A stretch of DNA of 64,000 nucleotides from a bacterium (GTDB taxonomy: Bacteria; Patescibacteriota; Minisyncoccia; Phycocordibacterales; UBA6065). A program made the translations under genes and the position numbers. The stretch is from assembly GCA_030680695.1 (NCBI GenBank), contig JAUXUT010000149.1:167801-231800 (forward strand). Reading direction: 5' to 3'. Below the pieces are notes generated by a model. It saw only the letters and a list, made by a program, of their open reading frames with translations. It was not told the DNA's origin and searched no databases. Numbering within the stretch: position 1 is the stretch's first letter; each line of letters starts with the position of its first letter. Positions 40,391 to 50,459 of this stretch are shown here, piece by piece.

Positions 40391-41665
40391 ATGAACGAGA
40401 ACCGACCGGTAACCATCCTTGTCTTCGGCGCCACCGGCGACCTTGCAACGACCAAACTTTTTCCTGCGCTCGAAGAACTGTGGGATGCAGGTGCTATTCA
40501 TGACGAAGTACGAATCGTGGGACTTTCGAGAAGGCGCTGGACAGATAAGGATTTTCGCGAGTTCCTGCGCGAAACAGGCGACAGACGTTATTCCAAGAAG
40601 TTCCTCGACCAGGTCTCGTTTTCTATGCTCGACATAGATAAAGGCGAAGGTTTTTCGGCAATACCGGCAATCGTGTTGGGTGAGCCTGTTGTGTTTCTTG
40701 CTCTTGCTCCATCAAATCACGAAAAGACCATCGCAGGATTGCGTGATGCCGGAGTGCTCGCTCGTGGTAAGGGTCTTCTTATGATCGAAAAGCCATTCGG
40801 TACTGACGAAAAATCCGCACGAGCATTGACGCATCTCATCACATCCTTTCTTGACGAGTCACAGATACGTCGTATTGACCATTACTTCGGCAAGGCCGCA
40901 GTTACGTCGCTTATGAACCTTCAAGAACGATCGCCTGACCTCGGCTCACTTCTTGTTCGTGCCAATGTTTCAACTATACGAATCCGTCTTTTTGAGGAAA
41001 AGGGAATAGGCGATCGTGCCGCTTCGTATGAAGGTGTCGGTGCGTTTCGTGATGTTGGTCAAAATCATATGCTCGAGATGCTCGCCATTATTGCAGCAGA
41101 TATACCTGAGAACGTCCGCACGAGCGGCATGCCTGTGCCGTGGCAAATGCTTCGCGCAGATGCATTGTCGACGCTTGCCCCGCCGGCCATTACTTGTGAC
41201 CTTTCGCGTCGTGGTCAGTATGAAGGGTATTTGCGCGAGCATGGCGTGGCCAAAGGTTCGCAGACCGAAACTGCCTTTGAGGTGACGACGACGCTGTATG
41301 GTGGAAAATTGGCCCGTGTACCAGTCATCCTTGAGTCCGGTAAGAAGATGGGAAAGTCAGAGGCGTCTATCCGCATCGATTTCAAGGATATCGAGGACGT
41401 CCCAAGGCGTATCGAAATATTCATCCAGCCAGAGCCGCGTATCGAAATCGAACACCGCGACGGTAGCCGTCTCGTGAAGAAAGCAAAACAGAAAGAGACT
41501 GCATATGCCGCGATTATGCACGCTGCGCTTTTTGGTTCGACTCGCGAGTTCGTCGGCGCGGAAGAAATACAGGCATTGTGGCGTTATGCAGATCGCATCG
41601 TCGCGTGTTGGGGCAAGGTGCCACTCGAGGCCTATAGCAAGGAAAAGCCGTTTTTGGTACAGTGA
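40391..41665 (+). CDS. zwf: Glucose-6-phosphate 1-dehydrogenase, divergent
   Basis: FGATGDLA, IEKPFG, RIDHYFGK, RDVGQNH, GQY, TET motifs. Confidence 0.85.
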   Translation: MNENRPVTILVFGATGDLATTKLFPALEELWDAGAIHDEVRIVGLSRRRWTDKDFREFLRETGDRRYSKKFLDQVSFSMLDIDKGEGFSAIPAIVLGEPVVFLALAPSNHEKTIAGLRDAGVLARGKGLLMIEKPFGTDEKSARALTHLITSFLDESQIRRIDHYFGKAAVTSLMNLQERSPDLGSLLVRANVSTIRIRLFEEKGIGDRAASYEGVGAFRDVGQNHMLEMLAIIAADIPENVRTSGMPVPWQMLRADALSTLAPPAITCDLSRRGQYEGYLREHGVAKGSQTETAFEVTTTLYGGKLARVPVILESGKKMGKSEASIRIDFKDIEDVPRRIEIFIQPEPRIEIEHRDGSRLVKKAKQKETAYAAIMHAALFGSTREFVGAEEIQALWRYADRIVACWGKVPLEAYSKEKPFLVQ

Positions 41666-41698
41666 GACCTCAATATTGGTTCAAAAACATATAAAGAA

Positions 41699-41926
41699 AT
41701 GCTCAAAAAATTCTTAATGAAGCAAGCAATGAAGTCGCAACTTAAGGACGTTCCTCAGGATCAGCAGGATATGCTTATCGATTTGGTCGAGAGGAATCCG
41801 GCCTTTTTCGAGAATCTTGCAAAGGAAATGCAGGAAGGCGTGGCATCAGGCAAAGACCAGCAGACAGTGATGATGGAGCTCATGCAAAAGCACCGTGACG
41901 AGCTCGCGAAGATGATGGGCAAATAA
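41699..41926 (+). CDS. Small helical hypothetical protein
   Basis: 75-aa Met/Gln/Lys-rich ORF in operon-like spacing. Confidence 0.7.
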   Translation: MLKKFLMKQAMKSQLKDVPQDQQDMLIDLVERNPAFFENLAKEMQEGVASGKDQQTVMMELMQKHRDELAKMMGK

Positions 41927-41933
41927 ATCGATC

Positions 41934-42521
41934 ATGGCGCAGTCTAAAAAAATATTCATACTTGTCGGCAACCCAGACAAAGATTCGCTCTCGACGGCGC
42001 TCGCCGAAGCGTACGTCGATGGTGCACGCAAGGCTGGTCACGAGGTCCGCCTCACTCAGATTTCTGATATGCGATTCGATCCAATCCTCCACAAGGGATA
42101 CAAGGTTGTTCAGGAGCTCGAGCCGGATCTTGTGAAATTCCAAGAAGATGTGCGATGGTGCGAGACATACGTCACGTTCTTCCCGATATGGTGGTCTGAT
42201 GTGCCGGCACTGCTCAAAGGCCTCGTCGATCGCGCATGGATGCCTGGATTCGGTTTTCGTTTTAATCACGGACGAATGCCGGGGTGGCAGCGCCTATTAA
42301 AGGGCCGCCGTGCTCGCGTCATTGTGACGTCCGACACGCATCCAGCGATACTTTGGGTATTGTTTGGCGGCAACATCAATTCATATGTTCGCGGTGTGTT
42401 GCGATTCTCTGGCTTTGCGCCACTGCGCAAGACGTGGATATCGGGCATGAAAAATTTGTCTCCTGATCGCATCGAACGCTTAAAGGTAAAAATGGCGCGC
42501 ATAGGCGCGAAGGCGAAGTAA
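41934..42521 (+). CDS. Flavodoxin-like NAD(P)H:quinone oxidoreductase (MdaB/KefF-like)
   Basis: GNPDKDSL, PIWWSDVPALLKGLVDR. Confidence 0.88.
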   Translation: MAQSKKIFILVGNPDKDSLSTALAEAYVDGARKAGHEVRLTQISDMRFDPILHKGYKVVQELEPDLVKFQEDVRWCETYVTFFPIWWSDVPALLKGLVDRAWMPGFGFRFNHGRMPGWQRLLKGRRARVIVTSDTHPAILWVLFGGNINSYVRGVLRFSGFAPLRKTWISGMKNLSPDRIERLKVKMARIGAKAK

Positions 42522-42601
42522 AGAAAAACTGGTGAAAAAATGGGGCGCGAGTCGTGAGTCACGGTGTAGCTGGAGTATGTCTTTTTGTTACTTTTCGGTT
42601 T

Positions 42602-42710
42602 TATGGTGTTTACGTCATAAACTCTGATATTTTTGACATCCTTTAACATTTTTTAATCTTTTTAAGGTCTTTAATTTTTCTTGATTTGCGGCTATGACCC
42701 AAATGTCATA
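42602..42710. promoter_or_regulatory. Two putative operators, TATGAC-N6-GTCATA
   Basis: Perfect copy at 42693-42710; imperfect TATGGT-N6-GTCATA at 42602-42619. Confidence 0.55.
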
Positions 42711-42720
42711 TTTTTGAAAT

Positions 42721-42984
42721 ATGAGAAAAAGACACATACAAGACGCCGCTGATGGATTCGTAAGCATATTCCGTAAATCGGCCAGGGAATCACGCAGATT
42801 CATGAGATTAAGCCAACAAGAAGTCGCTAGTTGTATGGGCACAAGTCAAGCAGTAATAGCGCGCTTCGAATCGGGCAAAAACAAAAATCCCGGCATTCAA
42901 TTCATATTCGGCCTGGTGCGCACACTTGGCATGCGCCTCGACTTCCGCATCGTTTTGAAAAATGGCCGCAAGGTGTTATCGTGA
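42721..42984 (+). CDS. XRE-family helix-turn-helix protein
   Basis: LSQQEVASCMGTSQAVIARFESG. Confidence 0.85.
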   Translation: MRKRHIQDAADGFVSIFRKSARESRRFMRLSQQEVASCMGTSQAVIARFESGKNKNPGIQFIFGLVRTLGMRLDFRIVLKNGRKVLS

Positions 42985-43020
42985 TGGCCTAATGCGGCTC
43001 TGCCGCTTACCCATCAATCT

Positions 43021-44133
43021 ATGGCACTCTCAATCGGAATCGTCGGTCTCCCAAACGTCGGCAAATCAACGCTCTTTAATGCGCTCACCAAAAAGGGCGT
43101 CCTTATCGCAAACTATCCGTTCGCGACTATAGACCCGTCCGTGGGAGTCGTGGCCGTTCCTGACGACCGCCTTTACAAGCTCGCTGAGTTTTCTAAGACA
43201 CAAAAAACCGTGCCCGCGGCCGTTGAGTTCGTGGACATTGCAGGTCTCGTGAAAGGCGCGTCCGCGGGCGAAGGCCTCGGCAACCAGTTCCTCACCAACA
43301 TTCGCGAAACTGACGCCATCGCGGAAGTTGTGCGCATCTTTGAAGATACCGACATCATTCACGTGGATAACAAAGTGGACCCGATGAGCGACATCGGAGT
43401 CATAAATCTCGAGCTCATCATGGCCGACCTCCAGACCGTGACCAAGCGCGCATCAAACGTCGCTCGCGAAGCAAAGTCCGGCAAAAAAGAGGCCTTGATC
43501 GAGGCGGGACTACTCGCCAAGGTTCAGGCGGCGCTCGAGGCGGGCAAGCTCGCCAATACTGTCCCTGTCGAGCAGGCTGAAGAACCGTATTTCAAAGGCG
43601 TGCATCTTCTCACGGGCAAAAAGATTTTGTATGTATTGAATAAGAAATCGGGCGGGGTGAATCTCGATGAAATTAAGGATGCGAACGGATCGCCAGACCC
43701 GCGCTGGACCAAGCTCATGGATTTCATGAAAGAAACTGGATCGAACTATGTCGTCGTGGACGCGGGCACCGAAAACGAACTGCGCGACATGACAGACACC
43801 GAAAAACAAGAGATGCGCGAAGGTTTGGGTGCGCGAAACGGCATTGATGACCTTATTCGTGCCGGGTATGACATGCTCGGGCTTATAACTTATTTCACTA
43901 CAGGCGAGAAAGAAACGCGTGGCTGGACGGTTAAGAAGGATTCGACCGCTCCGATTGCTGCTGGTGCCATCCATACCGATTTCACAACCAAATTCATCCG
44001 CGCCGAGGTCATCGAATGGGACAAGCTTCTCGAATCTGGATCATTTGCGACTGCTCGTGAAAAAGGTCTCCTGCGCGTGGAAGGGAAGGAATATATTGTG
44101 AAGGACGGAGATGTGATGGAGTTCAAGATTTAA
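43021..44133 (+). CDS. ychF: Ribosome-binding ATPase YchF
   Basis: [42 protein letters not shown]. Confidence 0.97.
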   Translation: MALSIGIVGLPNVGKSTLFNALTKKGVLIANYPFATIDPSVGVVAVPDDRLYKLAEFSKTQKTVPAAVEFVDIAGLVKGASAGEGLGNQFLTNIRETDAIAEVVRIFEDTDIIHVDNKVDPMSDIGVINLELIMADLQTVTKRASNVAREAKSGKKEALIEAGLLAKVQAALEAGKLANTVPVEQAEEPYFKGVHLLTGKKILYVLNKKSGGVNLDEIKDANGSPDPRWTKLMDFMKETGSNYVVVDAGTENELRDMTDTEKQEMREGLGARNGIDDLIRAGYDMLGLITYFTTGEKETRGWTVKKDSTAPIAAGAIHTDFTTKFIRAEVIEWDKLLESGSFATAREKGLLRVEGKEYIVKDGDVMEFKI

Positions 44134-44239
44134 TAAAAGAAAGATAAAGTCCCTGTGCATAACTCGTCCGCGCCAAAGGCTTGCCAAGTTGATATGATTA
44201 ATGGGTAAAAGTCGCATTATCAGAACATCACGAACGAAC

Positions 44240-44482
44240 ATGAAGTCTACCCATTTCATCGCTTCGCTTCTCGTCTGGATCGGCGGAATAAACTGGGGCC
44301 TCTTTGGTCTCGGCTCATTCTTCGATAGCAACTGGAACGTGGTCAACCAGCTCCTCGGCTCATGGGCCGCAGTGGAGTGGATTGTCTACATTCTCGTTGG
44401 CGTATCCGCCATCTATCTTGTAGTCACCCACAAGGCGCACTGCAGGGCATGCGAGGGGTCGGATGCGGCTCCGGTCATGTAA
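44240..44482 (+). CDS. DUF378-type small membrane protein
   Basis: IGGINWGLFG...IVYILVGVSA. Confidence 0.85.
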   Translation: MKSTHFIASLLVWIGGINWGLFGLGSFFDSNWNVVNQLLGSWAAVEWIVYILVGVSAIYLVVTHKAHCRACEGSDAAPVM

Positions 44483-44505
44483 CCGGCCGGATTAGCGACA
44501 CACAG

Positions 44506-44532
44506 GAAAGCCTGGCGAATAGCCAGGCTTTC
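44506..44532. terminator. Terminator-like hairpin
   Basis: GAAAGCCTGGC-GAATA-GCCAGGCTTTC. Confidence 0.65.
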
Positions 44533-44567
44533 GCATATGATAGGTAGACCAGCTAACCAACAACATT

Positions 44568-45539
44568 ATGACGAACGAACGACCTTCTCTGGCTCAGGAC
44601 TTCTTCCTTAATCTCGGTGTTATGGCGACGCTCTATGCCGTCGTTGTCGCCTTTCTTTCACTTGTGTTCAGCATCGTGAACCGCGTGTTTCCTGATGCTC
44701 TCAATGGATACTATGGTGATCCGTACTCATCGGGAGTGCGTTTTGCCATGGCGACCCTTATCATCGTCTTTCCACTTTTCGTCTGGCTTTCGCGATCAAT
44801 CACCAAGGCGATTCTCGACAACGCAGAGCGCAGGAATTCAGTAATTCGACGTTGGATGGTCTACATCACGCTTTTTCTCGCATCGGCCACTCTTGTCGTC
44901 GATCTTGTTGTTGCTTTAAACTCGTTCTTGTCAGGTGACCTCACGACCAGATTTGCCCTCAAGGCGTTGGCTGTTCTCATCGTCGCAGGCATGATTTTCT
45001 GGCACTATCTTGGCGAGATTCGGGAGACCAATACATACAAGAAATACGTGGTAAGCGTTTCAGTTGCTGGAATTCTCGTTCTTGCGGGCATCATCACAGC
45101 TTTCGCTGTCTTTGGATCGCCATCATCGGTACGAGCAATTCGTTTCGACGACCAGCGCGTCTCTCATCTCCAGCAGATTCAGTGGCAGGTTGTTAATTAT
45201 TATCAAGGTAAGGGCGAGGTGCCTGCGAACTTGGATTATCTCAAAGATCCTATTTCGAGTTTCATGGTGCCAGTAGATCCTCAGACTAGCACTGCCTACG
45301 CATATTCAAAGACCGGTCCGCTTTCGTTCCGTCTTTGCGCGACCTTCAATAAGGCGAGTGACGGCAAGAGGAATTCATACGGCATGGATTACGGATACCC
45401 ACTTCCTGTTGGCGGTCATGAATTAGAAAACTGGAAACACGAGGCCGGCGAACACTGCTTTGACCGCACGATTGACCCTGATTTCTATCCGGTGAATGAT
45501 GTGCTCATACAGAAACGTGCTGCATCCATGGTTCGATAG
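44568..45539 (+). CDS. Multi-pass membrane protein (DUF5671-like) with a pilin-like C-terminal extracellular domain
   Basis: About five TM segments, then FDDQRVSHLQQI...DP...YAY...FRLCATF with a Cys pair. Confidence 0.7.
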   Translation: MTNERPSLAQDFFLNLGVMATLYAVVVAFLSLVFSIVNRVFPDALNGYYGDPYSSGVRFAMATLIIVFPLFVWLSRSITKAILDNAERRNSVIRRWMVYITLFLASATLVVDLVVALNSFLSGDLTTRFALKALAVLIVAGMIFWHYLGEIRETNTYKKYVVSVSVAGILVLAGIITAFAVFGSPSSVRAIRFDDQRVSHLQQIQWQVVNYYQGKGEVPANLDYLKDPISSFMVPVDPQTSTAYAYSKTGPLSFRLCATFNKASDGKRNSYGMDYGYPLPVGGHELENWKHEAGEHCFDRTIDPDFYPVNDVLIQKRAASMVR

Positions 45540-45548
45540 ACGCATCAC

Positions 45549-47966
45549 ATGAAGTCGTACGACCACAAAAAAATCGAGAAGCATTGGCAGAAGGAATGGG
45601 CCAAAAAAGGTACGTATGAGACCGCCTTGGCGAGCGACAAGCCAAAGTTCTATATCCTCGACATGTTCCCGTATCCTTCTGGCGAGGGACTTCATGTCGG
45701 CCATCCAAAAGGGTACATAGCGACCGATATTGTCTCGCGCATGAAAAGGATGCAGGGCTTCAACGTGCTCCATCCTATGGGTTTTGATGCGTTCGGATTG
45801 CCTGCAGAAAACTACGCCATCAAGACAAAGACCAATCCGATGGATTCGGTGGCCAAGAACGTTGAGCGATACAAGAATCAACTCGAGATTCTCGGCTTTG
45901 ATTACGACTGGTCGCGCGAGGTGAACACCACCGACCCAAAGTTTTACAAATGGACACAGTGGATATTTTTGAAATTGCTTGAAAAAGGCCTGGCATATGA
46001 ATCGCACGAGCCGATCAACTGGTGCCCTTCGTGCAAGACCGGCCTAGCGAATGAAGATGTTGAGGATGGCCGTTGCGAGCGATGCTCAACCCCAGTAGAA
46101 AAGAAACCGATGCGCCAGTGGGTTTTGCGCATCACGAAATATGCCGACAGACTCTTGCAGGACCTAGATACTTTGGATTGGCCAGAGTCTATCAAGGAGA
46201 GCCAGAGGAATTGGATTGGCAGATCAGAAGGCGCCGAAATAGATTTCGCCGTCAAAGGAAGGAAAGATGTGCTCAAGGTGTTCACCACAAGGCCGGACAC
46301 TTTGTTTGGCGTGACATATGTCGTCGTTGCGCCTGAACATGATTTCGTAACTGAGCTTTTGAAGGAAGCGGCGGCGCTCAAAAATCGTGGCGAGGTCATC
46401 AAATACGTCGCCGCCGCCCGCGTTATGACCCAAATCGAGCGCACCGACGCCAAAAAAGACAAGACCGGAGTGAGGCTCGAAGGAGTTTTCGCAATTAATC
46501 CAGCAAACAACGAAGAAGTGCCAGTGTACGTCGCCGACTATGTGCTCGCCGAATACGGAACTGGCGCAGTTATGGCGGTTCCTGCGCATGATGATCGAGA
46601 TTTCGAGTTCGCCAAGAAGTACGATCTGCCGATTGAAATAGTTATCCGCTGTGAAGATCATATTCTCACTGCCTGGACGGAAGAGGGCGTCCTTGTTGAT
46701 TCCGGACCTTTCAGTGGCATGTCTTCTGAAGAAGCAAAACGTAAAATAACCGAATCTGTCGGCGGCAAGTGGGTCGTAAAATATAAACTCAAGGAATGGG
46801 TATTTTCGCGTCAAAGATACTGGGGCGAGCCGTTCCCGGTTCTACATGACGGTGATAAAATCGTGCCAGTTCCAGAAGAAGACCTTCCCGTCGAGCTTCC
46901 TAAAGTAAAATCATATGAACCAACAGGCACGGGCGAATCTCCGCTCGCTGATGTCGAGGATTGGGTGAACGTGAAGGTCGGCAAGGGCAAGGATGCGCGA
47001 ATCATGCGTCGTGAGACGAATACAATGCCGCAGTGGGCCGGATCTTCTTGGTATTACTTGCGCTATATGGACCCGCAAAACGATACAGCGCTTGTGGACC
47101 CAAAGGCAGAGAAATACTGGAATCAGGTGGACTTTTATGTCGGCGGTGCAGAGCACGCTACGCGTCATCTCATCTATGCGCGCTTCTGGCATAAGTTTCT
47201 GTACGACATTGGTGTGGTGACGACCACAGAGCCTTTCAAGCGCCTTCAGTCAGTCGGCCTCATCATGGGCGAGGACGGCAGAAAGATGTCCAAACGATTC
47301 GGCAACGTGGTGAATCCTGATGACATCGTCGAGACGTATGGTGCGGACACCTTGCGCCTTTATGAGATGTTCATGGGACCTTTCGATCAAGCCATTTCTT
47401 GGTCCACTGGAGGCATAATGGGAACACGCCGTTTTATTGAACGTGTTTGGAAGATGCGTGAAAAAGTTGCGGACGGCGACGGTTCACCAGCAGCAACGCT
47501 TTCAAAGGAAGCCGAGGTGCTCCTTAATAAAACTATAGCCAAAGTTACTGACGATATTGGCGCCGTGCGTCATAACACTGCTGTCTCGGCTCTCATGATT
47601 TTGTCAAACGAACTCGATAAATCGGAATTTATCCCGCGACCAGCATACGAATCTTTCCTCAAGCTTTTGGCACCGTTTGCACCGCATGTTGCAGATGAGC
47701 TTTGGTCTGATTTAGGTAACAACAATTCAATCCACCAAGCGACATGGCCTGTTGCCGATGCCACTAAAATAGCGGATGAGGAAGACATTATTGCCGTACA
47801 AGTGAATGGCAAGACTCGCGCCACATTCAAGGCCGTAAAAGGCTCTGATAAGACCACACTGGAGGCTTCTGCGCTCGCCCTTGATGAGATTAAGAAGTGG
47901 GTGGGGGACGCACAACCAAAGAAAGTCATTGTTGTGCAAGGTAGGATGGTTTCAATCGTCCTTTAG
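45549..47966 (+). CDS. leuS: Leucine--tRNA ligase
   Basis: MFPYPSGEGLHVGH, FTTRPDT, SRQRYWGEP, KMSKR. Confidence 0.98.
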   Translation: MKSYDHKKIEKHWQKEWAKKGTYETALASDKPKFYILDMFPYPSGEGLHVGHPKGYIATDIVSRMKRMQGFNVLHPMGFDAFGLPAENYAIKTKTNPMDSVAKNVERYKNQLEILGFDYDWSREVNTTDPKFYKWTQWIFLKLLEKGLAYESHEPINWCPSCKTGLANEDVEDGRCERCSTPVEKKPMRQWVLRITKYADRLLQDLDTLDWPESIKESQRNWIGRSEGAEIDFAVKGRKDVLKVFTTRPDTLFGVTYVVVAPEHDFVTELLKEAAALKNRGEVIKYVAAARVMTQIERTDAKKDKTGVRLEGVFAINPANNEEVPVYVADYVLAEYGTGAVMAVPAHDDRDFEFAKKYDLPIEIVIRCEDHILTAWTEEGVLVDSGPFSGMSSEEAKRKITESVGGKWVVKYKLKEWVFSRQRYWGEPFPVLHDGDKIVPVPEEDLPVELPKVKSYEPTGTGESPLADVEDWVNVKVGKGKDARIMRRETNTMPQWAGSSWYYLRYMDPQNDTALVDPKAEKYWNQVDFYVGGAEHATRHLIYARFWHKFLYDIGVVTTTEPFKRLQSVGLIMGEDGRKMSKRFGNVVNPDDIVETYGADTLRLYEMFMGPFDQAISWSTGGIMGTRRFIERVWKMREKVADGDGSPAATLSKEAEVLLNKTIAKVTDDIGAVRHNTAVSALMILSNELDKSEFIPRPAYESFLKLLAPFAPHVADELWSDLGNNNSIHQATWPVADATKIADEEDIIAVQVNGKTRATFKAVKGSDKTTLEASALALDEIKKWVGDAQPKKVIVVQGRMVSIVL

Positions 47967-48000
47967 TTCGACGGTTCGCATTAGACAATCCGCGCAAGAC

Positions 48001-48047
48001 TTGACAAGTTTCGCACGAGCCTATATGCTTGACTTTATAGTAAGTCA
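48001..48047 (+). promoter_or_regulatory. Promoter with an adjacent palindromic operator
   Basis: TTGACA-17 nt-TATGCT, immediately followed by TGACTT-TATAGT-AAGTCA (48030-48047). Confidence 0.55.
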
Positions 48048-48081
48048 GTGATAATTTATTAGGCACAAACAAATCGCAGTT

Positions 48082-49116
48082 ATGGCAACCACGCTTACTA
48101 TCAAGCCGAAACAGGTCGTTAAAGCCCTTCTTAAGAGCCTCCCAGAACGCGCCCAGGAAGTCATAACCAAGCGATATGGCCTCGGCAAAGACCCAGATAA
48201 GATGACCCTCGAGGCCATCGGCCAGACTTACGGCATCACCCGTGAGCGAGTTCGCCAGATTGAAAACTACGCAATCGCGAACATCCAGAAGTCCAAGGAA
48301 TTTGAATCTCAGACTTCTGCGTTTAAGGAGCTCGAAGAGCTCGTGCACGAGATGGGTGGCGTTATGGCCGAAGAAGACCTTCTCGATTCGGTTTCCAAGG
48401 ATATTTCAATCCAGAACCACGTTTATTTCCTCCTCGTCCTTGGACGCGCCTTTAAATGGCAGAAGGAAGACGACCATTTCAAGCATCGATGGCATATTGA
48501 TGATGCGCACTCGAAGAAAATCGAAGACGCGCTTCGCAAGTTGTACAAGAACCTAAAAGACGATGACATCATCCCTGAGTCTGAAATGATTGATACTTTC
48601 CTCAATCACGTCGAAGACCTCAATGACAAGTTCAGGAACGACGAGATCCTCAAGCGATGGCTCTCGATTTCAAAGAAGGTCGGCAAGAACCCTCTCGGTG
48701 AATGGGGCGTATCTCATTCTCCAAACATCAAGGCTAAGGGCATGCGAGACTACGCGTTCCTCGTTATCCGCAAGCATGGATCGCCTATACATTTCCGCGA
48801 AGTAGCTATGCAGATTCAGAAGATGTTCGGCAAGAAGGCTCACGTTGCAACTACTCACAACGAACTCATCAAGGATCCTCGATTTGTTCTCGTTGGACGT
48901 GGACTTTACGCGCTCTCTGAATGGGGCTATATGTCAGGTGTTGTGAAGGATGTCATCAAGAACGTAATCGAGAAAAATGGTCCTCTCACCAAAAAGGAAG
49001 TTATCGAGAAGGTCATGAAGGAACGATACGTCAAGGAAAACACCATCCTCGTTAATCTCCAGAACCCTAAGTTTTTCAAGAAGGATAAGGAAAACAGGTA
49101 CTCGATCGTCGGTTAA
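48082..49116 (+). CDS. Sigma70 region-4 HTH fused to winged-HTH (HARE-HTH/delta-like) domains
   Basis: RYGLG...MTLEAIGQTYGITRERVRQIE at the N-terminus; PIHFREV...HNELIKDPRFVLVGRGLYALSEW. Confidence 0.75.
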   Translation: MATTLTIKPKQVVKALLKSLPERAQEVITKRYGLGKDPDKMTLEAIGQTYGITRERVRQIENYAIANIQKSKEFESQTSAFKELEELVHEMGGVMAEEDLLDSVSKDISIQNHVYFLLVLGRAFKWQKEDDHFKHRWHIDDAHSKKIEDALRKLYKNLKDDDIIPESEMIDTFLNHVEDLNDKFRNDEILKRWLSISKKVGKNPLGEWGVSHSPNIKAKGMRDYAFLVIRKHGSPIHFREVAMQIQKMFGKKAHVATTHNELIKDPRFVLVGRGLYALSEWGYMSGVVKDVIKNVIEKNGPLTKKEVIEKVMKERYVKENTILVNLQNPKFFKKDKENRYSIVG

Positions 49117-49139
49117 GACCGCAAGAGTTATATACAAGC

Positions 49140-49176
49140 AAACCGCCCGCTCATCTACCCGATGTCGGGCGGTTTT
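49140..49176 (+). terminator. Intrinsic terminator
   Basis: AAACCGCCCG...CGGGCGGTTTT. Confidence 0.7.
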
Positions 49177-49184
49177 GCTATCAT

Positions 49185-50453
49185 ATGCATGTGTCCGCTT
49201 TCTTCTCTTACATCGTCATGGCCTCGGAGTTCCTCATGCAAATCGTTTTGCCGGAGGTCTGGCGTTGGCTCGCATTCTTTGCGATCGTCTGGGTGCCGAT
49301 TGTTATATTCGAAACAGCTTGGCTTATGTGGGTGCGATATGTTCGCACTGCGTGGATAAATAAGCAGGAGAAAATTCTGCTTGAAGTGAAACTCCCACAA
49401 GAGACCATGAAGTCGCCTCTCGCCATGGAGCTTGTTTTGCTCGCCTTGTATCAGACCGGCGGCGAGGGAACACCTCTTGATAGGTATTGGGAAGGAAAGG
49501 TGCGTCCGTGGTTCTCGCTTGAAATTGCTTCGCATGGAGGTGATATGCATTTCTATATTTGGACATTCAAGAGCCAGAAGGCAGTGCTTGAAGCGAACAT
49601 ATATGCCCAGTACCCAGAAGTCGAGGTGCATCAGGTTTCCGATTATACCGAGAAGTTTTTCTTTGATCCGGCCAAATATGAAATCGCAGGTTGTAGGTTC
49701 GAAGCTACTGGTCCTGATCCTTTGCCAATAAAAACGTACGTTGATTATGGACTTGATAAGGATCCTAAAGAAGAGTTCAAGATAGATCCGATGGCACCAT
49801 TAATTGAGTTCATGGGCAGCCTTAAGGCTGGACATGAAGCTTGGGTGCAGATTGTGGTGCGTGCTCACACCCAAGAAAAGACGCCGACTAACGACAAATA
49901 TCCGGACAAGTGGAAGGATGAGGCGAAGGAACTCATCAAAAAAATCATCGAAGAATCGGCAGTTGAAGAGAAAGATGAGAAAGGCAAGATTGTGAAAAAG
50001 GTTCCGAACGCCGTTAAACTCACCAAGGGTCAGAAGGATCGTATTGACGCCATCGAGCGCAGCCTTTCGAAGTATGCATTCGATGCGGGTGTACGCATTC
50101 TTTACATCGCACCGAAAGATATATTCGACAAGGGTAATGGCGGAGGTCTTACAGGTTCGTTCAAGCAATTCAATGCGCCTAACCTCAATGGTTTCAAACC
50201 AGAAGGCGGCATGTCCTTTGATTACAAGTGGGAGGATTGGACGGGCAAGAAACTGCTCAGGAGGAAAATCGGACATTTCAACGCATATTGCCAACGTGGG
50301 TTTTTCCATTATCCATTCATGGAGAAATGGACAGTTCTCAACACCGAGGAACTCGCCACCCTTTATCACTTCCCAGGATCAGCCGTAAGGACTCCAACGC
50401 TCAAGCGCATACCGTCAAAGCGTGTCGACGCACCAGCCAATCTTCCTATTTAA
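49185..50453 (+). CDS. Conserved membrane-anchored hypothetical protein of CPR type
   Basis: N-terminal TM segment; FSLEIAS, YAQYP, PIKTY, EELATLYHFP motifs as in CPR proteins usually linked to VirD4/DUF87-like ATPases. Confidence 0.65.
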   Translation: MHVSAFFSYIVMASEFLMQIVLPEVWRWLAFFAIVWVPIVIFETAWLMWVRYVRTAWINKQEKILLEVKLPQETMKSPLAMELVLLALYQTGGEGTPLDRYWEGKVRPWFSLEIASHGGDMHFYIWTFKSQKAVLEANIYAQYPEVEVHQVSDYTEKFFFDPAKYEIAGCRFEATGPDPLPIKTYVDYGLDKDPKEEFKIDPMAPLIEFMGSLKAGHEAWVQIVVRAHTQEKTPTNDKYPDKWKDEAKELIKKIIEESAVEEKDEKGKIVKKVPNAVKLTKGQKDRIDAIERSLSKYAFDAGVRILYIAPKDIFDKGNGGGLTGSFKQFNAPNLNGFKPEGGMSFDYKWEDWTGKKLLRRKIGHFNAYCQRGFFHYPFMEKWTVLNTEELATLYHFPGSAVRTPTLKRIPSKRVDAPANLPI

Positions 50454-50459
50454 CGCTGA

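Noticed and set aside
42266-42842. Minus-strand ORFs over the AT-rich periodic region
   Set aside because: They overlap real genes on the other strand and have low-complexity composition; a regulatory reading fits better.
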